The position numbers were made by a program, and so were the translations under genes. Below are positions 48,203 through 59,581 of a stretch of DNA of 64,000 nt, in pieces. A model generated the notes under the pieces. That model had not been told where the DNA came from. It was given only the letters and a program-made list of their open reading frames with translations, and ran no database searches. Position 1 is the first letter of the stretch. Each line of letters opens with the position of its first letter. This stretch comes from Candidatus Oxydemutator sp. (GTDB lineage: Bacteria; Pseudomonadota; Gammaproteobacteria; Poriferisulfidales; Oxydemutatoraceae): positions 1,120,001-1,184,000 of the forward strand of contig OZ241883.1 in the NCBI GenBank assembly GCA_965203445.1, given 5' to 3'.

Positions 48203-48700
48203 TTGAGACGAATACTCGGCATAGACCCCGGTTTTCGCAACACCGGCTATTGCGTCATCGAAAGCGACGGGCGCGCGCACCGCTATATCGCGGGCGGCGT
48301 GATCGCCGTCGCGCCCCTGCCGCCGCACCGCCGGCTGGCCGCGATCTTCGACGCCACCTGCGACGTGATCCGCGCGCATGAACCGCGCGAGCTGGCGGTC
48401 GAGGAAGTGTTTTTGGCAAAGAACGTCTCGATAGCGTTGAAGCTCGGCCAGGCGCGCGGCGTCGCAATATGCGCGGCCGTCAAGGCCGGCGTCGCGGTGC
48501 ACGAGTACAGCGCGCGCTTCATCAAGAAAACGGTGACCGGCGGCGGCGGCGCCGACAAGCGCCAGGTGCAATACATGGTGTGCCGCCTGCTCGGTATCGC
48601 CGAGCGCGAGATCGAGGACGAGGCGGACGCGCTGGCCGCGGCGCTGTGCCACGCCTTCGTGGCGCGCGCCGAGCGGCGGCTGACGGAGGCGGCGCGATGA
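48203..48700 (+). CDS. ruvC: Holliday junction resolvase
   Basis: ILGIDPG, AVEEVF, KLGQARG, DEADALA. Confidence 0.95.
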   Translation: MRRILGIDPGFRNTGYCVIESDGRAHRYIAGGVIAVAPLPPHRRLAAIFDATCDVIRAHEPRELAVEEVFLAKNVSIALKLGQARGVAICAAVKAGVAVHEYSARFIKKTVTGGGGADKRQVQYMVCRLLGIAEREIEDEADALAAALCHAFVARAERRLTEAAR

Positions 48701-49278
48701 TCGCGCGTCTGCGCGGCCAGCTGCTCGTAAAGAGGCCGCCGCACCTGCTGATAGACGTGGACGGCGTCGGTTACGAGTTGCAGGCGCCGATGTCCACGTT
48801 CTACGCGCTGCCGGACGTCGGCTGCGAGGTGGTCGTGCTGACGCATCTGCTGGTGCGCGACGACGCGCACGTGCTGTACGCGTTCAGCGGCGAGTACGAC
48901 CGCGCGTTGTTTCGGGAATTGCTCAAGGTCGGCGGCGTCGGCGCGAAGATCGCGCTGGCGATACTGTCCGGCATGGAGGCCGCGGTCTTCCGCGAGTGTA
49001 TCGCAGCCGCCGACGCCGACGCGCTGGCGCGTCTGCCCGGCATCGGGCGCAAGACCGCGGAACGCCTCATCGTCGAGATGAAAAATCGCTTCGACGACGA
49101 GTTCTGGCGCGCGGCGACGACGGGTGCCGTCGCGCGCGACGACGTCGCGCGCGACGCGCGCAACGCGCTGATCGCGCTCGGCTACAAGCCGGGCGACGCG
49201 AAGCGCATGGTCGAGACCGTGAACACCGCCGGCGGGAACCTCGAACAGATCATCCGCGACGCGCTGCAATCATCGTGA
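48697..49278 (+). CDS. ruvA: Holliday junction branch migration protein A
   Basis: MIARLRG...DVDGVGYE, LPGIGRKTAER. Confidence 0.95.
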   Translation: MIARLRGQLLVKRPPHLLIDVDGVGYELQAPMSTFYALPDVGCEVVVLTHLLVRDDAHVLYAFSGEYDRALFRELLKVGGVGAKIALAILSGMEAAVFRECIAAADADALARLPGIGRKTAERLIVEMKNRFDDEFWRAATTGAVARDDVARDARNALIALGYKPGDAKRMVETVNTAGGNLEQIIRDALQSS

Positions 49279-49339
49279 ATTCGCCGTGCCCCTCGTGAAT
49301 CCCGGCGAACCGGACAAGGCGTCGCGGGTATAATCCGGC

Positions 49340-50374
<1,035 letters not shown>

Positions 50375-50436
50375 GGCGGTTTTGCGCCGGATGCGCTACA
50401 ATCGCAGCGTGCGCCAAGCATACGGAGAGGTTTCCC

Positions 50437-51138
50437 ATGCAATCTGAATTCAGTTTTTTCTCGCTGGTGGCGGAAGCCACTTTTGTCGTGCAGCTGGTGC
50501 TGTTGGTTCTGATAGCGGCCTCCGTCGTAAGTTGGACGCGCATCATCGGCAAGTGGCGCGAGTTCAAGAGGGTGCGGCGCGACGCCGCCGATTTCGAGCG
50601 GCGGTTCTGGTCGGGCGACGACCTGACGCAGTTGTATTCCGAAATCGGGGAGCGCGAGGCTTCCGGCATGGCCGCTATTTTTCAAAGCGGCTTCAAGGAA
50701 TACGCGCGTCTGCACAAGCAGGGCGCGCTGTCGCCGTCGGCCATCGCCGACACCGCGGTGCGCTCGATGAAAGTGGCGCTGTCGCGGGAAGTGGAAAGTC
50801 TTGGCAGGCACCTCAATTTTCTGGCCACGGTCGGTTCGACCTCGCCGTACGTCGGTCTGTTCGGCACCGTGTGGGGCATCATGCACGCTTTTCTCGCGTT
50901 GCGCGACGTGCAGCAGGCGACCCTGTCGCTGGTGGCGCCCGGCATCGCCGAGGCGCTGGTAGCGACGGCGATAGGACTGTTCGCGGCCATTCCGGCGACC
51001 ATCGCCTACAACCGCTTCAGCGCCGCCACCAACCAGCAACTGCTGCGCTACGACAACTTTATCGAGGAATTCACCGCGATCCTGCACAAGCAACTGCATC
51101 GCGCCGACGCCGCGGCGCGGGAGACGCACGATGAATGA
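50437..51138 (+). CDS. tolQ: TolQ
   Basis: SPYVGLFGTVWGIM, VAPGIAEALVATAIGLFAAIPA. Confidence 0.95.
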   Translation: MQSEFSFFSLVAEATFVVQLVLLVLIAASVVSWTRIIGKWREFKRVRRDAADFERRFWSGDDLTQLYSEIGEREASGMAAIFQSGFKEYARLHKQGALSPSAIADTAVRSMKVALSREVESLGRHLNFLATVGSTSPYVGLFGTVWGIMHAFLALRDVQQATLSLVAPGIAEALVATAIGLFAAIPATIAYNRFSAATNQQLLRYDNFIEEFTAILHKQLHRADAAARETHDE

Positions 51139-51556
51139 CCGCCGCCGCTTCGGCCCGATGTCCGAGATCAACGTCGTCCCGTACATAGACGTGATGCTGG
51201 TGTTGCTGATCATCTTCATGGTGACGGTGCCGCTGATCCAGCAGGGCGTCGAGATCGATCTGCCGGAGGCCTCGACCGAGACCCTGACCGACGAGGCCGA
51301 GACCGAACCGCTGATCGTGTCGGTCGACCGCCACGGCCGGTTTTTCCTGAACCGGGGGAAAAACGCCAACCGCCCGATTTCGGCCGCGGTGTTGACGCGG
51401 GACGTCAAGGCGCTGATGGCCGCGGCCGCCGCGCCGCCGGTGTACGTGCGCGGCGACCGCGGTACCGAATACGGGCACGTAATGACCGCGATGGTCGTTT
51501 TGCAGCGCGCCGGGGCCGACCAGATCGGGTTGGTGACGCAGCCGCCCGTCCGATAG
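51131..51556 (+). CDS. tolR: TolR
   Basis: SEINVVPYIDVMLVLLIIFMVT. Confidence 0.95.
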   Translation: MNDRRRFGPMSEINVVPYIDVMLVLLIIFMVTVPLIQQGVEIDLPEASTETLTDEAETEPLIVSVDRHGRFFLNRGKNANRPISAAVLTRDVKALMAAAAAPPVYVRGDRGTEYGHVMTAMVVLQRAGADQIGLVTQPPVR

Positions 51557-51572
51557 TCCGGCGCGCGCGGTC

Positions 51573-52475
51573 GTGATGGACAGACGCTCCGTAGTGCGGT
51601 CTTCGGCGGCGCTTTCGGTACTGCTGCACGCCGCCGTTTTCGGGTTGCTCGGCGTCAGCTTCGCGTCGTGCACCGGCCCCGTCGAGCGCGGCGTCGCGGC
51701 GCAGCCGCGCGTGATACAGGCGGAGGCGGTCGCGCCGCGCAAGGTCGAGGCGTATTACCGCGAGCGGCGCGCGCGCGAACGCGAGCGGCTCGAGGCGCTC
51801 GAGGAGAAAAAGCGCGAGCAGCGCAAACGCCTGGAGCAGGAGCGGCGCCGCGCCGAGGCGCTGGCGAGTGAGCAACGGGAACTGCAGAAACGCAAGCAAG
51901 CCGAGCGCGAGCGCCGGCAGGCGCTGTTGCAGAGCAAGAAGCGCAAGGCCGAGGAGGCGCGCCGCATGCAGGAGCAGCTCGAGCATCGGGAGGCCGAGCG
52001 CAAGCGCAAGGAACGGCAGGCGCGCGTCGAACGCGAGCGCAAGGAACGGGAGGCGAGGCGCCTGGCCGAGGAGCAGCGCCTGCGCAAGGAGCAGCAAGCG
52101 AGACGCAAGGCCGAGGAGGAACGCCTGCGCAAGGAGCAGGAAGCGCGGCGCCTGGCCGAGGAACAACAACGGCTGATCATGCGCAAGCGCCAGCGCGCGC
52201 TGTGGACGCGGCAGTACGCGGGCCTGTTGCGCGCCAGCATCGAGCGCCACTGGAAAAAGCCGCCCAGCAGCGTCAAGGGCGGCGACTGCGTCCTCAAGCT
52301 GCGCCAGGACGAGAACGGCACGGTGCTCGATTTGGACGTCGTCAGTTGCGACGGCGACCGCCTGTTCGTGCGTTCGGTCGAGGAGGCGGTGTGGAAGGCA
52401 AGCCCGCTGCCGTCGCCGCCGTCGCCGGAAGTGTTCGACGCCGACGTGGAATTGACTTTTCGGCAGAAGTACTGA
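51573..52475 (+). CDS. tolA: TolA
   Basis: SVLLH TM motif, E/R/K-rich helical region, C-terminal SVEEAVWKASPLP. Confidence 0.9.
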   Translation: MMDRRSVVRSSAALSVLLHAAVFGLLGVSFASCTGPVERGVAAQPRVIQAEAVAPRKVEAYYRERRARERERLEALEEKKREQRKRLEQERRRAEALASEQRELQKRKQAERERRQALLQSKKRKAEEARRMQEQLEHREAERKRKERQARVERERKEREARRLAEEQRLRKEQQARRKAEEERLRKEQEARRLAEEQQRLIMRKRQRALWTRQYAGLLRASIERHWKKPPSSVKGGDCVLKLRQDENGTVLDLDVVSCDGDRLFVRSVEEAVWKASPLPSPPSPEVFDADVELTFRQKY

Positions 52476-53758
52476 TGAGCAGGCCGTGCCTTAGCGCGTT
52501 TTTGCTCGCGGCGCTCGTCGGCGCGGCGCAGGCTGAGCTCAAGATCGAGATCACCGAGGGCGTCGAGGGCGGCGTGCCGATTGCGGTGCTGCCGTTCGAC
52601 GACGAGCCGCCGGAGCTCGAACGCGGCTACAGCGCCATCGTCGCCTCGGATCTCGCGTACAGCGGCTTGTTCAGCCTGATCTCGGCGCGCGACGTCGCCG
52701 CGCTCGAGCGGCGCCCCGGCGAGGCCTCCGATTACGTCGCGTGGGCCGACGCCGGCGTCGAGAAAATCGTCGTCGGCAGGGTCGTGCCCGGCGGCGACCT
52801 GCAGGTCGCGCTGTTCGACGTCGTCAGGCGCAAGAGACTGCGCGAATGGGAATTTCCGGTGGATTCGCGCAGGGTCAGCGACGTTGCGCATTACGCCAGC
52901 GACCTGGTCTACGAGGAGCTTACCGGCGTTCCGGGAATCTTCAGCACGCGCCTCGCGTTCGTGGATTCGGTGCAGGTCAAACCGCGCGTGCGGCGTTTCC
53001 GTCTGAACGTGGCGGACGCCGACGGCGGCAATCGCATCGCCATTTTCACGTCGCACAGTCCGATCATGTCCCCGTGCTGGTCGCCGGACTACAAACGTCT
53101 GGCCTACGTCTCCTACGAGAACGGCGCGCCGGAGATCTTCGTGCAGGTCCTGGGCAGCGGCCAGCGCACCAATCTGTCGGCCTCGATCGGCGAGGGCAAT
53201 TCGCCGGACTGGTCGGACGACGGCGACGCGCTGGCCTTTGTTTCATCGCGCGACGACAACCCCGAGATCTACGTCTATCATTTTGCCGATGACCGCATCG
53301 AGCGCGTCACGGAAAACCTGGCGATAGACACCGAACCGGCGTGGGCGCCCGACGGCTCGCTGTTCTTCACTTCCGACCGCGGCGGTTCACCGCAGTTGTA
53401 CCGCCTGGACCGCGACCGCGGCGACCTCAAGCGATTGACGTTCGACGGCGATTACAACTCGGACGCCGACGTCTCTCCGCGCGGCGACAAGTTCGCCTAC
53501 GTCAGCCAGCGTCCCGGGGGCTTCTCGATAGTCGTACGCGACGTGTCCGGCGGCGATGGGCTGGAGTTGAGTCTCGGCCACCTCGACGAGCGCCCGCGGT
53601 TTGCTCCGAACGGCAATTTGCTGAGCTATCTGACCGAGCAGGGCGGACGCTCGGCGCTGGGGCTGGTGACCGTGGATGGCCTGTTCGGCAAGCGGATTCC
53701 GGTGTCGGAGGACGTCGGCAAGGTGCGCGGCGTCGCATGGTCGCCGCTGGTGCGCTGA
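52475..53758 (+). CDS. tolB: TolB
   Basis: ELKIEITEG, PD40 repeats, FTSDRGGSPQLY, terminal WSP. Confidence 0.93.
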   Translation: MSRPCLSAFLLAALVGAAQAELKIEITEGVEGGVPIAVLPFDDEPPELERGYSAIVASDLAYSGLFSLISARDVAALERRPGEASDYVAWADAGVEKIVVGRVVPGGDLQVALFDVVRRKRLREWEFPVDSRRVSDVAHYASDLVYEELTGVPGIFSTRLAFVDSVQVKPRVRRFRLNVADADGGNRIAIFTSHSPIMSPCWSPDYKRLAYVSYENGAPEIFVQVLGSGQRTNLSASIGEGNSPDWSDDGDALAFVSSRDDNPEIYVYHFADDRIERVTENLAIDTEPAWAPDGSLFFTSDRGGSPQLYRLDRDRGDLKRLTFDGDYNSDADVSPRGDKFAYVSQRPGGFSIVVRDVSGGDGLELSLGHLDERPRFAPNGNLLSYLTEQGGRSALGLVTVDGLFGKRIPVSEDVGKVRGVAWSPLVR

Positions 53759-53759
53759 G

Positions 53760-54767
53760 ATGCGCGGGCTGGTGGCGACCGTCGTTTTGTTCGTCGCGTT
53801 GTCGGCGACGGCGCGGGAGGAAAACGCCGGCGATAACCGCCCCGAAAGCCGGCTGCTGATGCGCCTGCTCGACAAGGTGGAGCGTTTGCAGGGCGAGTTG
53901 CAGGAAGTGCGCGGGCGCAGCGATCGCCAGGAGCGTGAGTTGCGCGCGCTCAGGAGGAAAATGCGTGAACTGGAAGGCCGCGGCGCCGCGTCTGCCGCGC
54001 CTGCCACTGCCGCCGATGCCGCACCCACCGTGCCTATTGTGCGGCCGCCTGCTGCCGCTGCTGATGCCACGCCCGCCGCTGATGCCGCGCCCGCCGCGCC
54101 CGTAACGCAGCCGCCGGCCGCGGAACGGGAAGCGCCGGATGACGATGTACGGAGCGCGACAAGGCCCGCCGACGAAACGCCGCCGCGAGTGCAGGCGCCG
54201 TCGTCCGGCGATGGCGAAGCGCCTGCCGTTGGCGAGTCGCCTGCCGGTGCCGAAGCGCCTGCCGCTGCCGAGTCGCCTGCCGCAGCCGCGCAAGCCGCGC
54301 GCGCCGACGGCGCGCGCGCGCCGCAGCCGCACGAGCAGCGTTTGGGATTTTTGCCGAAAGACGCGGCGACGCCGAATGAAAGGGACGAGCGCCGTGCGTA
54401 TCAGCGTGCGACGCGCGCGTTGGACGACAACGACTACGCGCTTTTGCGACAAGAGCTCGACGTGTTTTTGCGCGGCTGGCCGCGCGGAAGATACGCGGCC
54501 AACGCGAAGTTCTGGATCGGCGAGGCCTGGTACGCCGAACGCAACCTCGATGAGGCCGAGCATTATTACAAGCGCGTGACGGAGGAAAACGCCGACCACC
54601 AGAAGAGCGAAGACGCCCGTCTCAAGCTCGCCTATATCCACATGGAGCGCGAGCAGTGGGACGCCGCCGCCGCCGTTTTGCAGGAACTCGCGCAAAACGC
54701 CAGCCAGGGGCGCATCCGCGCGCTTGCGCACAAGAAGCTCGGCCAGGTACAGGAGCAGGAGCGCTGA
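53760..54767 (+). CDS. cpoB: CpoB/YbgF with a long Pro/Ala linker
   Basis: Signal peptide, coiled coil LQGELQEVRG, TPRs ANAKFWIGEAWY and DARLKLA. Confidence 0.85.
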   Translation: MRGLVATVVLFVALSATAREENAGDNRPESRLLMRLLDKVERLQGELQEVRGRSDRQERELRALRRKMRELEGRGAASAAPATAADAAPTVPIVRPPAAAADATPAADAAPAAPVTQPPAAEREAPDDDVRSATRPADETPPRVQAPSSGDGEAPAVGESPAGAEAPAAAESPAAAAQAARADGARAPQPHEQRLGFLPKDAATPNERDERRAYQRATRALDDNDYALLRQELDVFLRGWPRGRYAANAKFWIGEAWYAERNLDEAEHYYKRVTEENADHQKSEDARLKLAYIHMEREQWDAAAAVLQELAQNASQGRIRALAHKKLGQVQEQER

Positions 54768-55468
54768 CGTCGTCCACGTCGCACCGGCTTACGCCCGCAA
54801 ACGGAAGCGGCGCCGCCACGCAGGAGCGCGCGCGCCTCAAAGTCACCGAGTTGTTCCATTCCTTGCAGGGCGAGTCGCTGACGGCGGGCGTGCCGACCGC
54901 GTTCGTGCGTCTGACCGGCTGTCCGTTGCGCTGTCGCTATTGCGACACGGCCTATGCCTTCGGCGGCGGACACTGGATGAGCATAAGCGACGTGCTGGCG
55001 CGCGTGCGCGGCTACGGCGCGCGCTACGTCACGGTCACCGGCGGCGAGCCGCTGGCGCAGAAACGCTGCCTCGATCTGCTGACCGAGCTTTGCGACGCGG
55101 GCTACCGGGTCTCGCTCGAAACCGGCGGCGCGCACGACGTCGCCGGCGTTGATGCGCGCGTCGTGATTGTGATGGACTTGAAGACGCCGGCCTCCGGCGA
55201 GGTCGCGCGCAACCGCTACGAGAACGTCGCTCGTCTGCGCGCCAAGGATCAGATCAAGTTCGTCATTTGCGGGCGCGCCGATTACGAGTGGGCCAAGCGC
55301 AAGCTCGGCGAGTACCGCCTCGATGAACGCTGTTGCGTGCTGTTTTCCCCAAGTTACGGCGAGCAGGACGCCACCGAGCTGGCCGACTGGATATTGCGCG
55401 ACGCGCTGCCCGTGCGCTTGCAGTTGCAGCTCCATAAGATTCTGTGGGGCGAGGAGCGCGGGCGGTGA
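54764..55468 (+). CDS. queE: 7-carboxy-7-deazaguanine synthase (start uncertain)
   Basis: [37 protein letters not shown]. Confidence 0.93.
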   Translation: MTSSTSHRLTPANGSGAATQERARLKVTELFHSLQGESLTAGVPTAFVRLTGCPLRCRYCDTAYAFGGGHWMSISDVLARVRGYGARYVTVTGGEPLAQKRCLDLLTELCDAGYRVSLETGGAHDVAGVDARVVIVMDLKTPASGEVARNRYENVARLRAKDQIKFVICGRADYEWAKRKLGEYRLDERCCVLFSPSYGEQDATELADWILRDALPVRLQLQLHKILWGEERGR

Positions 55469-56157
55469 GCACCACCGTCGGTGCGCGCGCCGTGGTGCTG
55501 CTGTCGGGCGGTCTCGATTCGGCGACGACGTTGGCCGTCGCCGCGCACGAGGGCTGCCGATGTTACGCGCTGAGCTTCGCCTACGGCCAACGCCACGCCG
55601 TCGAAGTGGAAGCGGCGCGCCGCGTCGCCGCCGCCGTCGGCGTCGCCCGCCACCGTGTCTTCGATCTCGATCTGGCGGCCATCGCCGCGTCGGCCTTGAC
55701 CGACGCCAAGGCGCCGCTGCCGCCGGCCGCGGACGGCGCGATTCCGCCGACCTACGTGCCGGCGCGCAACACCGTGTTTCTTGCGCTGGCGCTGGCCTGG
55801 GCCGAGACGCTGGACGCGCGCCGGATTTACATCGGCGCCAACGCGGTGGATTATTCGGGGTATCCCGACTGTCGTCCCGAGTTCATCAGGGCCTTCGAGC
55901 ACGTCGCAAACCTTGCGACGCGCGCCGGCGTCGAAGGCGACGGTTTCCGCGTCGTCGCGCCGCTGATCTCGCTGACCAAGGCCGCGATCATACGGCGCGG
56001 CGTCGAACTCGGCCTCGATTATTCGCTGACGGTGTCCTGCTACCGCGCCGACGAACGCGGCCGTGCCTGCGGCGAATGCGATTCCTGCCGCCTGCGCCGC
56101 CGCGGCTTCGAGGAGGCCGGCGTACCCGACCCGACCGGCTACGTCGCCGCCGCTTGA
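55465..56157 (+). CDS. queC: 7-cyano-7-deazaguanine synthase
   Basis: [29 protein letters not shown]. Confidence 0.95.
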   Translation: MSTTVGARAVVLLSGGLDSATTLAVAAHEGCRCYALSFAYGQRHAVEVEAARRVAAAVGVARHRVFDLDLAAIAASALTDAKAPLPPAADGAIPPTYVPARNTVFLALALAWAETLDARRIYIGANAVDYSGYPDCRPEFIRAFEHVANLATRAGVEGDGFRVVAPLISLTKAAIIRRGVELGLDYSLTVSCYRADERGRACGECDSCRLRRRGFEEAGVPDPTGYVAAA

Positions 56158-56164
56158 TGGAAGT

Positions 56165-56235
56165 GGCCCATCCTCTCCTAGGGGGAGAGGGTTATATTAC
56201 GGGCCTGCGGACAACTCTTCCCGCTGGGAGAGGGC
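56165..56235 (-). repeat. Double-hairpin REP/MITE-like repeat
   Basis: GGCCCATCCTCTCCTAGGGGGAGAGGGTTATATTACGGGCCTGCGGACAACTCTTCCCGCTGGGAGAGGG. Confidence 0.8.
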
Positions 56236-56289
56236 AGGATTACACTGGCGTATACAATTCCCCCTTATAATAGATAACGGGAGGTTCAC

Positions 56290-57507
56290 GTGGAACTTTC
56301 ATTGCCGCAACAGGTTTTGCTCTCGGGTTTCGCCATCGCGTTGGTGATGGGCGCGGTCGCGTGCAAGACGAGTTTTTGCACGATGGGCGCGGTCTCCGAC
56401 TGGGTCAACATCGGCGACACCGGGCGCCTGCGCGCGTGGCTGTGCGCGATGGCGGTTGCGGTGCTCGGGGTCGCGCTGATCGACGGCCTGGCCGGCGCCG
56501 ACCTGTCGCTGGCGGATAGTGGCGAAACCGGCAGGCCGCCTTACGGGACGCCGGTGTTCGTATGGCCGCGCTATCTGCTGGGCGGGCTGCTGTTCGGCAT
56601 CGGCATGACCTTGGGCTCCGGTTGCGGCAACAAGACGCTGGTGCGCGTCGGCGGCGGCAACCTGAAGTCGCTCGTCGTGTTCCTGGTGATGGGCGCCGGC
56701 GCCTACCTGATGATCTACACCGATTTCGGCTACCACCTGTTTCTGCGCTGGATGCCGGCGCTCGACTTTTCCGCCTACGGCCTCGGCAGCCAGGGCGTGG
56801 ACGAGCTGATCGGCGCGCCGCTCGGCGTCGCCGGGCCGGCCTTTGCGTACGCGACGGCGCTGGTGATCGGCGTGTCGGTGCTGGCGTGGGCTTTCCGATC
56901 GCGCGAATTCCGCTCCAGCGCGGATAACGTTCTCGGCGCGCTCGTCGTCGGCGCCGCGGTGGTCGCGGCCTGGTACGTGACGACCGGGCCGCTCGGCCGC
57001 AGCCTGATGGAGGAGCTTGAGTTTCTCGACGAGGTTCCGTACGACGTGGGTGCGCAGTCCCTCACCTTCGTCAAACCAAGCGGCCAGTTGTACTACTTCA
57101 TCGGCGAAGGCTTCGCCGCCAACGTCGCAACCTTCGCGCTAATCGCGGCGCTCGGCGTCGTCGTCGGGGCCTTTCTCTACTCGGTCTTTTCCGGAAAATT
57201 CCGCGTCGAATGGTTCAGCGACGGTGGCGACTTCCTGCGCCACCTCGTCGGCGGCCTGTTGATGGGCATCGGCGGCGTGCTGTCGCTCGGCTGCACCTTC
57301 GGCCAGGCGATCACCGGCGCTTCAACGCTGGCGTTGGGTTCTTTCGTAACCTTCGCGTCCATAGTGCTCGGCGCGGCACTGACGATGAAGGTGCAGTACT
57401 ACAAGATGGTCTATGAGGAGGAGGCGACTTTCGCCAAGGCGATGGTCGCGGCGCTCGCCGATCTCCGCATCGTGCCCGGCGCCTGGCGCAAGCTCGACAA
57501 CGTCTGA
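56290..57507 (+). CDS. YeeE/YedE family sulfur-compound transporter
   Basis: FCTMGAVSD, LGSGCGNK, LGCTFGQ conserved Cys motifs; multi-TM. Confidence 0.9.
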   Translation: MELSLPQQVLLSGFAIALVMGAVACKTSFCTMGAVSDWVNIGDTGRLRAWLCAMAVAVLGVALIDGLAGADLSLADSGETGRPPYGTPVFVWPRYLLGGLLFGIGMTLGSGCGNKTLVRVGGGNLKSLVVFLVMGAGAYLMIYTDFGYHLFLRWMPALDFSAYGLGSQGVDELIGAPLGVAGPAFAYATALVIGVSVLAWAFRSREFRSSADNVLGALVVGAAVVAAWYVTTGPLGRSLMEELEFLDEVPYDVGAQSLTFVKPSGQLYYFIGEGFAANVATFALIAALGVVVGAFLYSVFSGKFRVEWFSDGGDFLRHLVGGLLMGIGGVLSLGCTFGQAITGASTLALGSFVTFASIVLGAALTMKVQYYKMVYEEEATFAKAMVAALADLRIVPGAWRKLDNV

Positions 57508-57570
57508 GGACGCGCGCGGACGGCATCGTGGGCGCGCCCACGCCGCGCCCGCGTCCTGGGCGCGGGGCGG

Positions 57571-58452
57571 CTACCGCCCGAACAGATACTTGAGCGTGAA
57601 CAGCGCGCTCCACCGGCTCATGCCGGCGAACCTCGTGGTGTTGGTCAGGTCCGGTTCGCGCGTGTGCTCGTCGTAAAGCTCGGTGTCGGAGAAATCGTTG
57701 AGATCGGTGTAGGAAACCTTGAGACCGGCGAGCAGGTCGCGTCGCACGCGATAATCGAAGCCCGCGTGCGCCTGCCACGCGTAGCTCGAGTCGCTCATGT
57801 CCGTGTCCTGGATAATGCGGCGGTTGTCGTTTGTGAATATGGACGAGAAACGCACTCTTTCGACCGTGACGTCGGCTTTGCCGACGCCGACGCCGAGATA
57901 CGGAACAAAGCCGCCGCGTTCCGCGAAATCGTAATAAACGCTGGCGAACAACGACCGGATTTCGACCCGATCCAGGCTGCTGCCGTCGTCGGCGGCATCC
58001 GCCGGATTGCGGTTGCCGGGAATACCGCCGTTGAAGAAACGCAGGCCCCGGAAACTATGCGTCGCGCTGTTGCGCGACTGGCCGGCGGCGACCTCGAGGC
58101 GCAGGCGCTCCCAGATCCAGCCGGCGGCGAGATCGTATTGGAAGCCGGTGTCCGTATCCACCGCGTAGTTCCATCGGTAGCCGCCGTGGGACGCGGGACT
58201 GGTGCAGTTGTCGTAGTAGCAATCCATTTCCCGATTGCGCCCTTGCTGGCGAAAGTCGCCGAGCCAGCTGGCACCCGCGCCGGCACCGACGTAGAAGCCG
58301 GAACGCGCCGCCGCGTCGCCGGCGTGGGCCGTTCCGCCGAGCGCCAGGCCCGTGAGCACCGTGAGCAGCGCGGCGAAAATCTTGTTGTTCCCGGCTTTGG
58401 CCGCCGCTGAGGAGGGTGTTGTGGCGGGCGGCGTCGTGGCGGGGGGCGTCAT
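57571..58452 (-). CDS. Outer membrane beta-barrel protein (OmpA/Opa-like)
   Basis: Signal peptide, SGFYVGAGAG, YYDF...PYLGVGVG, AWQAHAG, C-terminal LKYLF. Confidence 0.8.
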   Translation of the reverse strand: MTPPATTPPATTPSSAAAKAGNNKIFAALLTVLTGLALGGTAHAGDAAARSGFYVGAGAGASWLGDFRQQGRNREMDCYYDNCTSPASHGGYRWNYAVDTDTGFQYDLAAGWIWERLRLEVAAGQSRNSATHSFRGLRFFNGGIPGNRNPADAADDGSSLDRVEIRSLFASVYYDFAERGGFVPYLGVGVGKADVTVERVRFSSIFTNDNRRIIQDTDMSDSSYAWQAHAGFDYRVRRDLLAGLKVSYTDLNDFSDTELYDEHTREPDLTNTTRFAGMSRWSALFTLKYLFGR

Positions 58453-58492
58453 CGGGGGCCTCGTGGCGGCTGCGCGGGCGGCGGGGCGACGC

Positions 58493-58891
58493 TTAGCGCT
58501 TCGAGTACTGGATGTCCTTGCGCGCCTTGCGCAGTCCGACTTTTTTGCGCTCGACGATGCGCGCGTCGCGCGTCAGAAAATCACCCTTGCGCAGCACGGC
58601 GCGCGTGCTTTCGTCGTATTGCAACAGCGCGCGGGCGATGCCTAAGCGCACCGCGCCGGCCTGGCCGCTGGGGCCGCCGCCGCGCACGGTGACGTCCAGG
58701 TCGAATTTTTTCTGCATGGACAACGCCGCCAAGGGCTGCTCGACGATCATGCACAAGGTCTCGCGCGAAAAATAATCCTCGAACTTGCGTCGGTTGACGC
58801 GGATTTTGCCGGAACCGGGACGCAGGAAGACGCGCGCCACCGAGCACTTGCGCCGCCCGGTTCCGTAATACCGCTGCGCCGCCTCGGCCAT
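58493..58891 (-). CDS. rpsI: 30S ribosomal protein S9
   Basis: [29 protein letters not shown]...SKR. Confidence 0.98.
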   Translation of the reverse strand: MAEAAQRYYGTGRRKCSVARVFLRPGSGKIRVNRRKFEDYFSRETLCMIVEQPLAALSMQKKFDLDVTVRGGGPSGQAGAVRLGIARALLQYDESTRAVLRKGDFLTRDARIVERKKVGLRKARKDIQYSKR

Positions 58892-59325
58892 CAGTTCAGG
58901 ATCTCCAGTCTGGTCGGCCGTTGCGCCTCGTGTTTATGGTGCCCGTCGGCATAGACGCGCAGCTTGCGAAACATCGCGCGCCCGAGACGGTTTTTCGGCA
59001 GCATGCCCTTGACCGCGTATTCGATGGCGCGCTCCGGGCGTTCCTCGAGTATTTTCCTGAGCGAGGTCTGCTTCAGGTTGCCGACGTAACCGCTGTGGCG
59101 GTAATAGATCTTGTGTTCTTTCTTGTTGCCGGTGACCGCAACCCGTGCGGCGTTGATGACGACGATATGGTCGCCGGTGTCCACGTGTGGCGTGAACTGC
59201 GGCTTGTGCTTGCCGCGCAGGCGCCGCGCGATCTCGCTGGCGAGCCGCCCGAGCGGCTTGTCCGAGGCGTCAATCAGATACCATTTCTGCTCGATTTCGC
59301 CGGGCTTGGCGCTGTAGGTTTTCAT
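58891..59325 (-). CDS. rplM: 50S ribosomal protein L13
   Basis: [33 protein letters not shown]. Confidence 0.98.
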   Translation of the reverse strand: MKTYSAKPGEIEQKWYLIDASDKPLGRLASEIARRLRGKHKPQFTPHVDTGDHIVVINAARVAVTGNKKEHKIYYRHSGYVGNLKQTSLRKILEERPERAIEYAVKGMLPKNRLGRAMFRKLRVYADGHHKHEAQRPTRLEILN

Positions 59326-59416
59326 GAGGTTTTCATTCGGGTCTTGTTTTCGATGCGGGTTCCCGCCGTGCGGGACGGGCAATCATATCCGAAGCGACGG
59401 CGATGGGCAAGTTCTT

Positions 59417-59494
59417 GGCCCACCCTCTCCTAGGGGGAGAGGGTTACAGTACGGGCCTGCGGACAACTTCTCCTGGAGGGAGAGGGTTTGAGGG
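59417..59494 (-). repeat. Double-hairpin REP/MITE-like repeat
   Basis: GGCCCACCCTCTCCTAGGGGGAGAGGGTTACAGTACGGGCCTGCGGACAACTTCTCCTGGAGGGAGAGGG. Confidence 0.8.
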
Positions 59495-59581
59495 CCTCGT
59501 GCGTTGTGCACGTTTAGGGTTCCGCGTGGGTTTCCTCTATACTTACCAGCGCCTTTCTTGGCACAGGAGCGCATCCGTTCC

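Noticed and set aside
54764-56157. queE/queC as a 7-deazaguanine DNA modification (Dpd) system
   Set aside because: They are in the usual housekeeping position after tol-cpoB, and there is no dpdA nearby.
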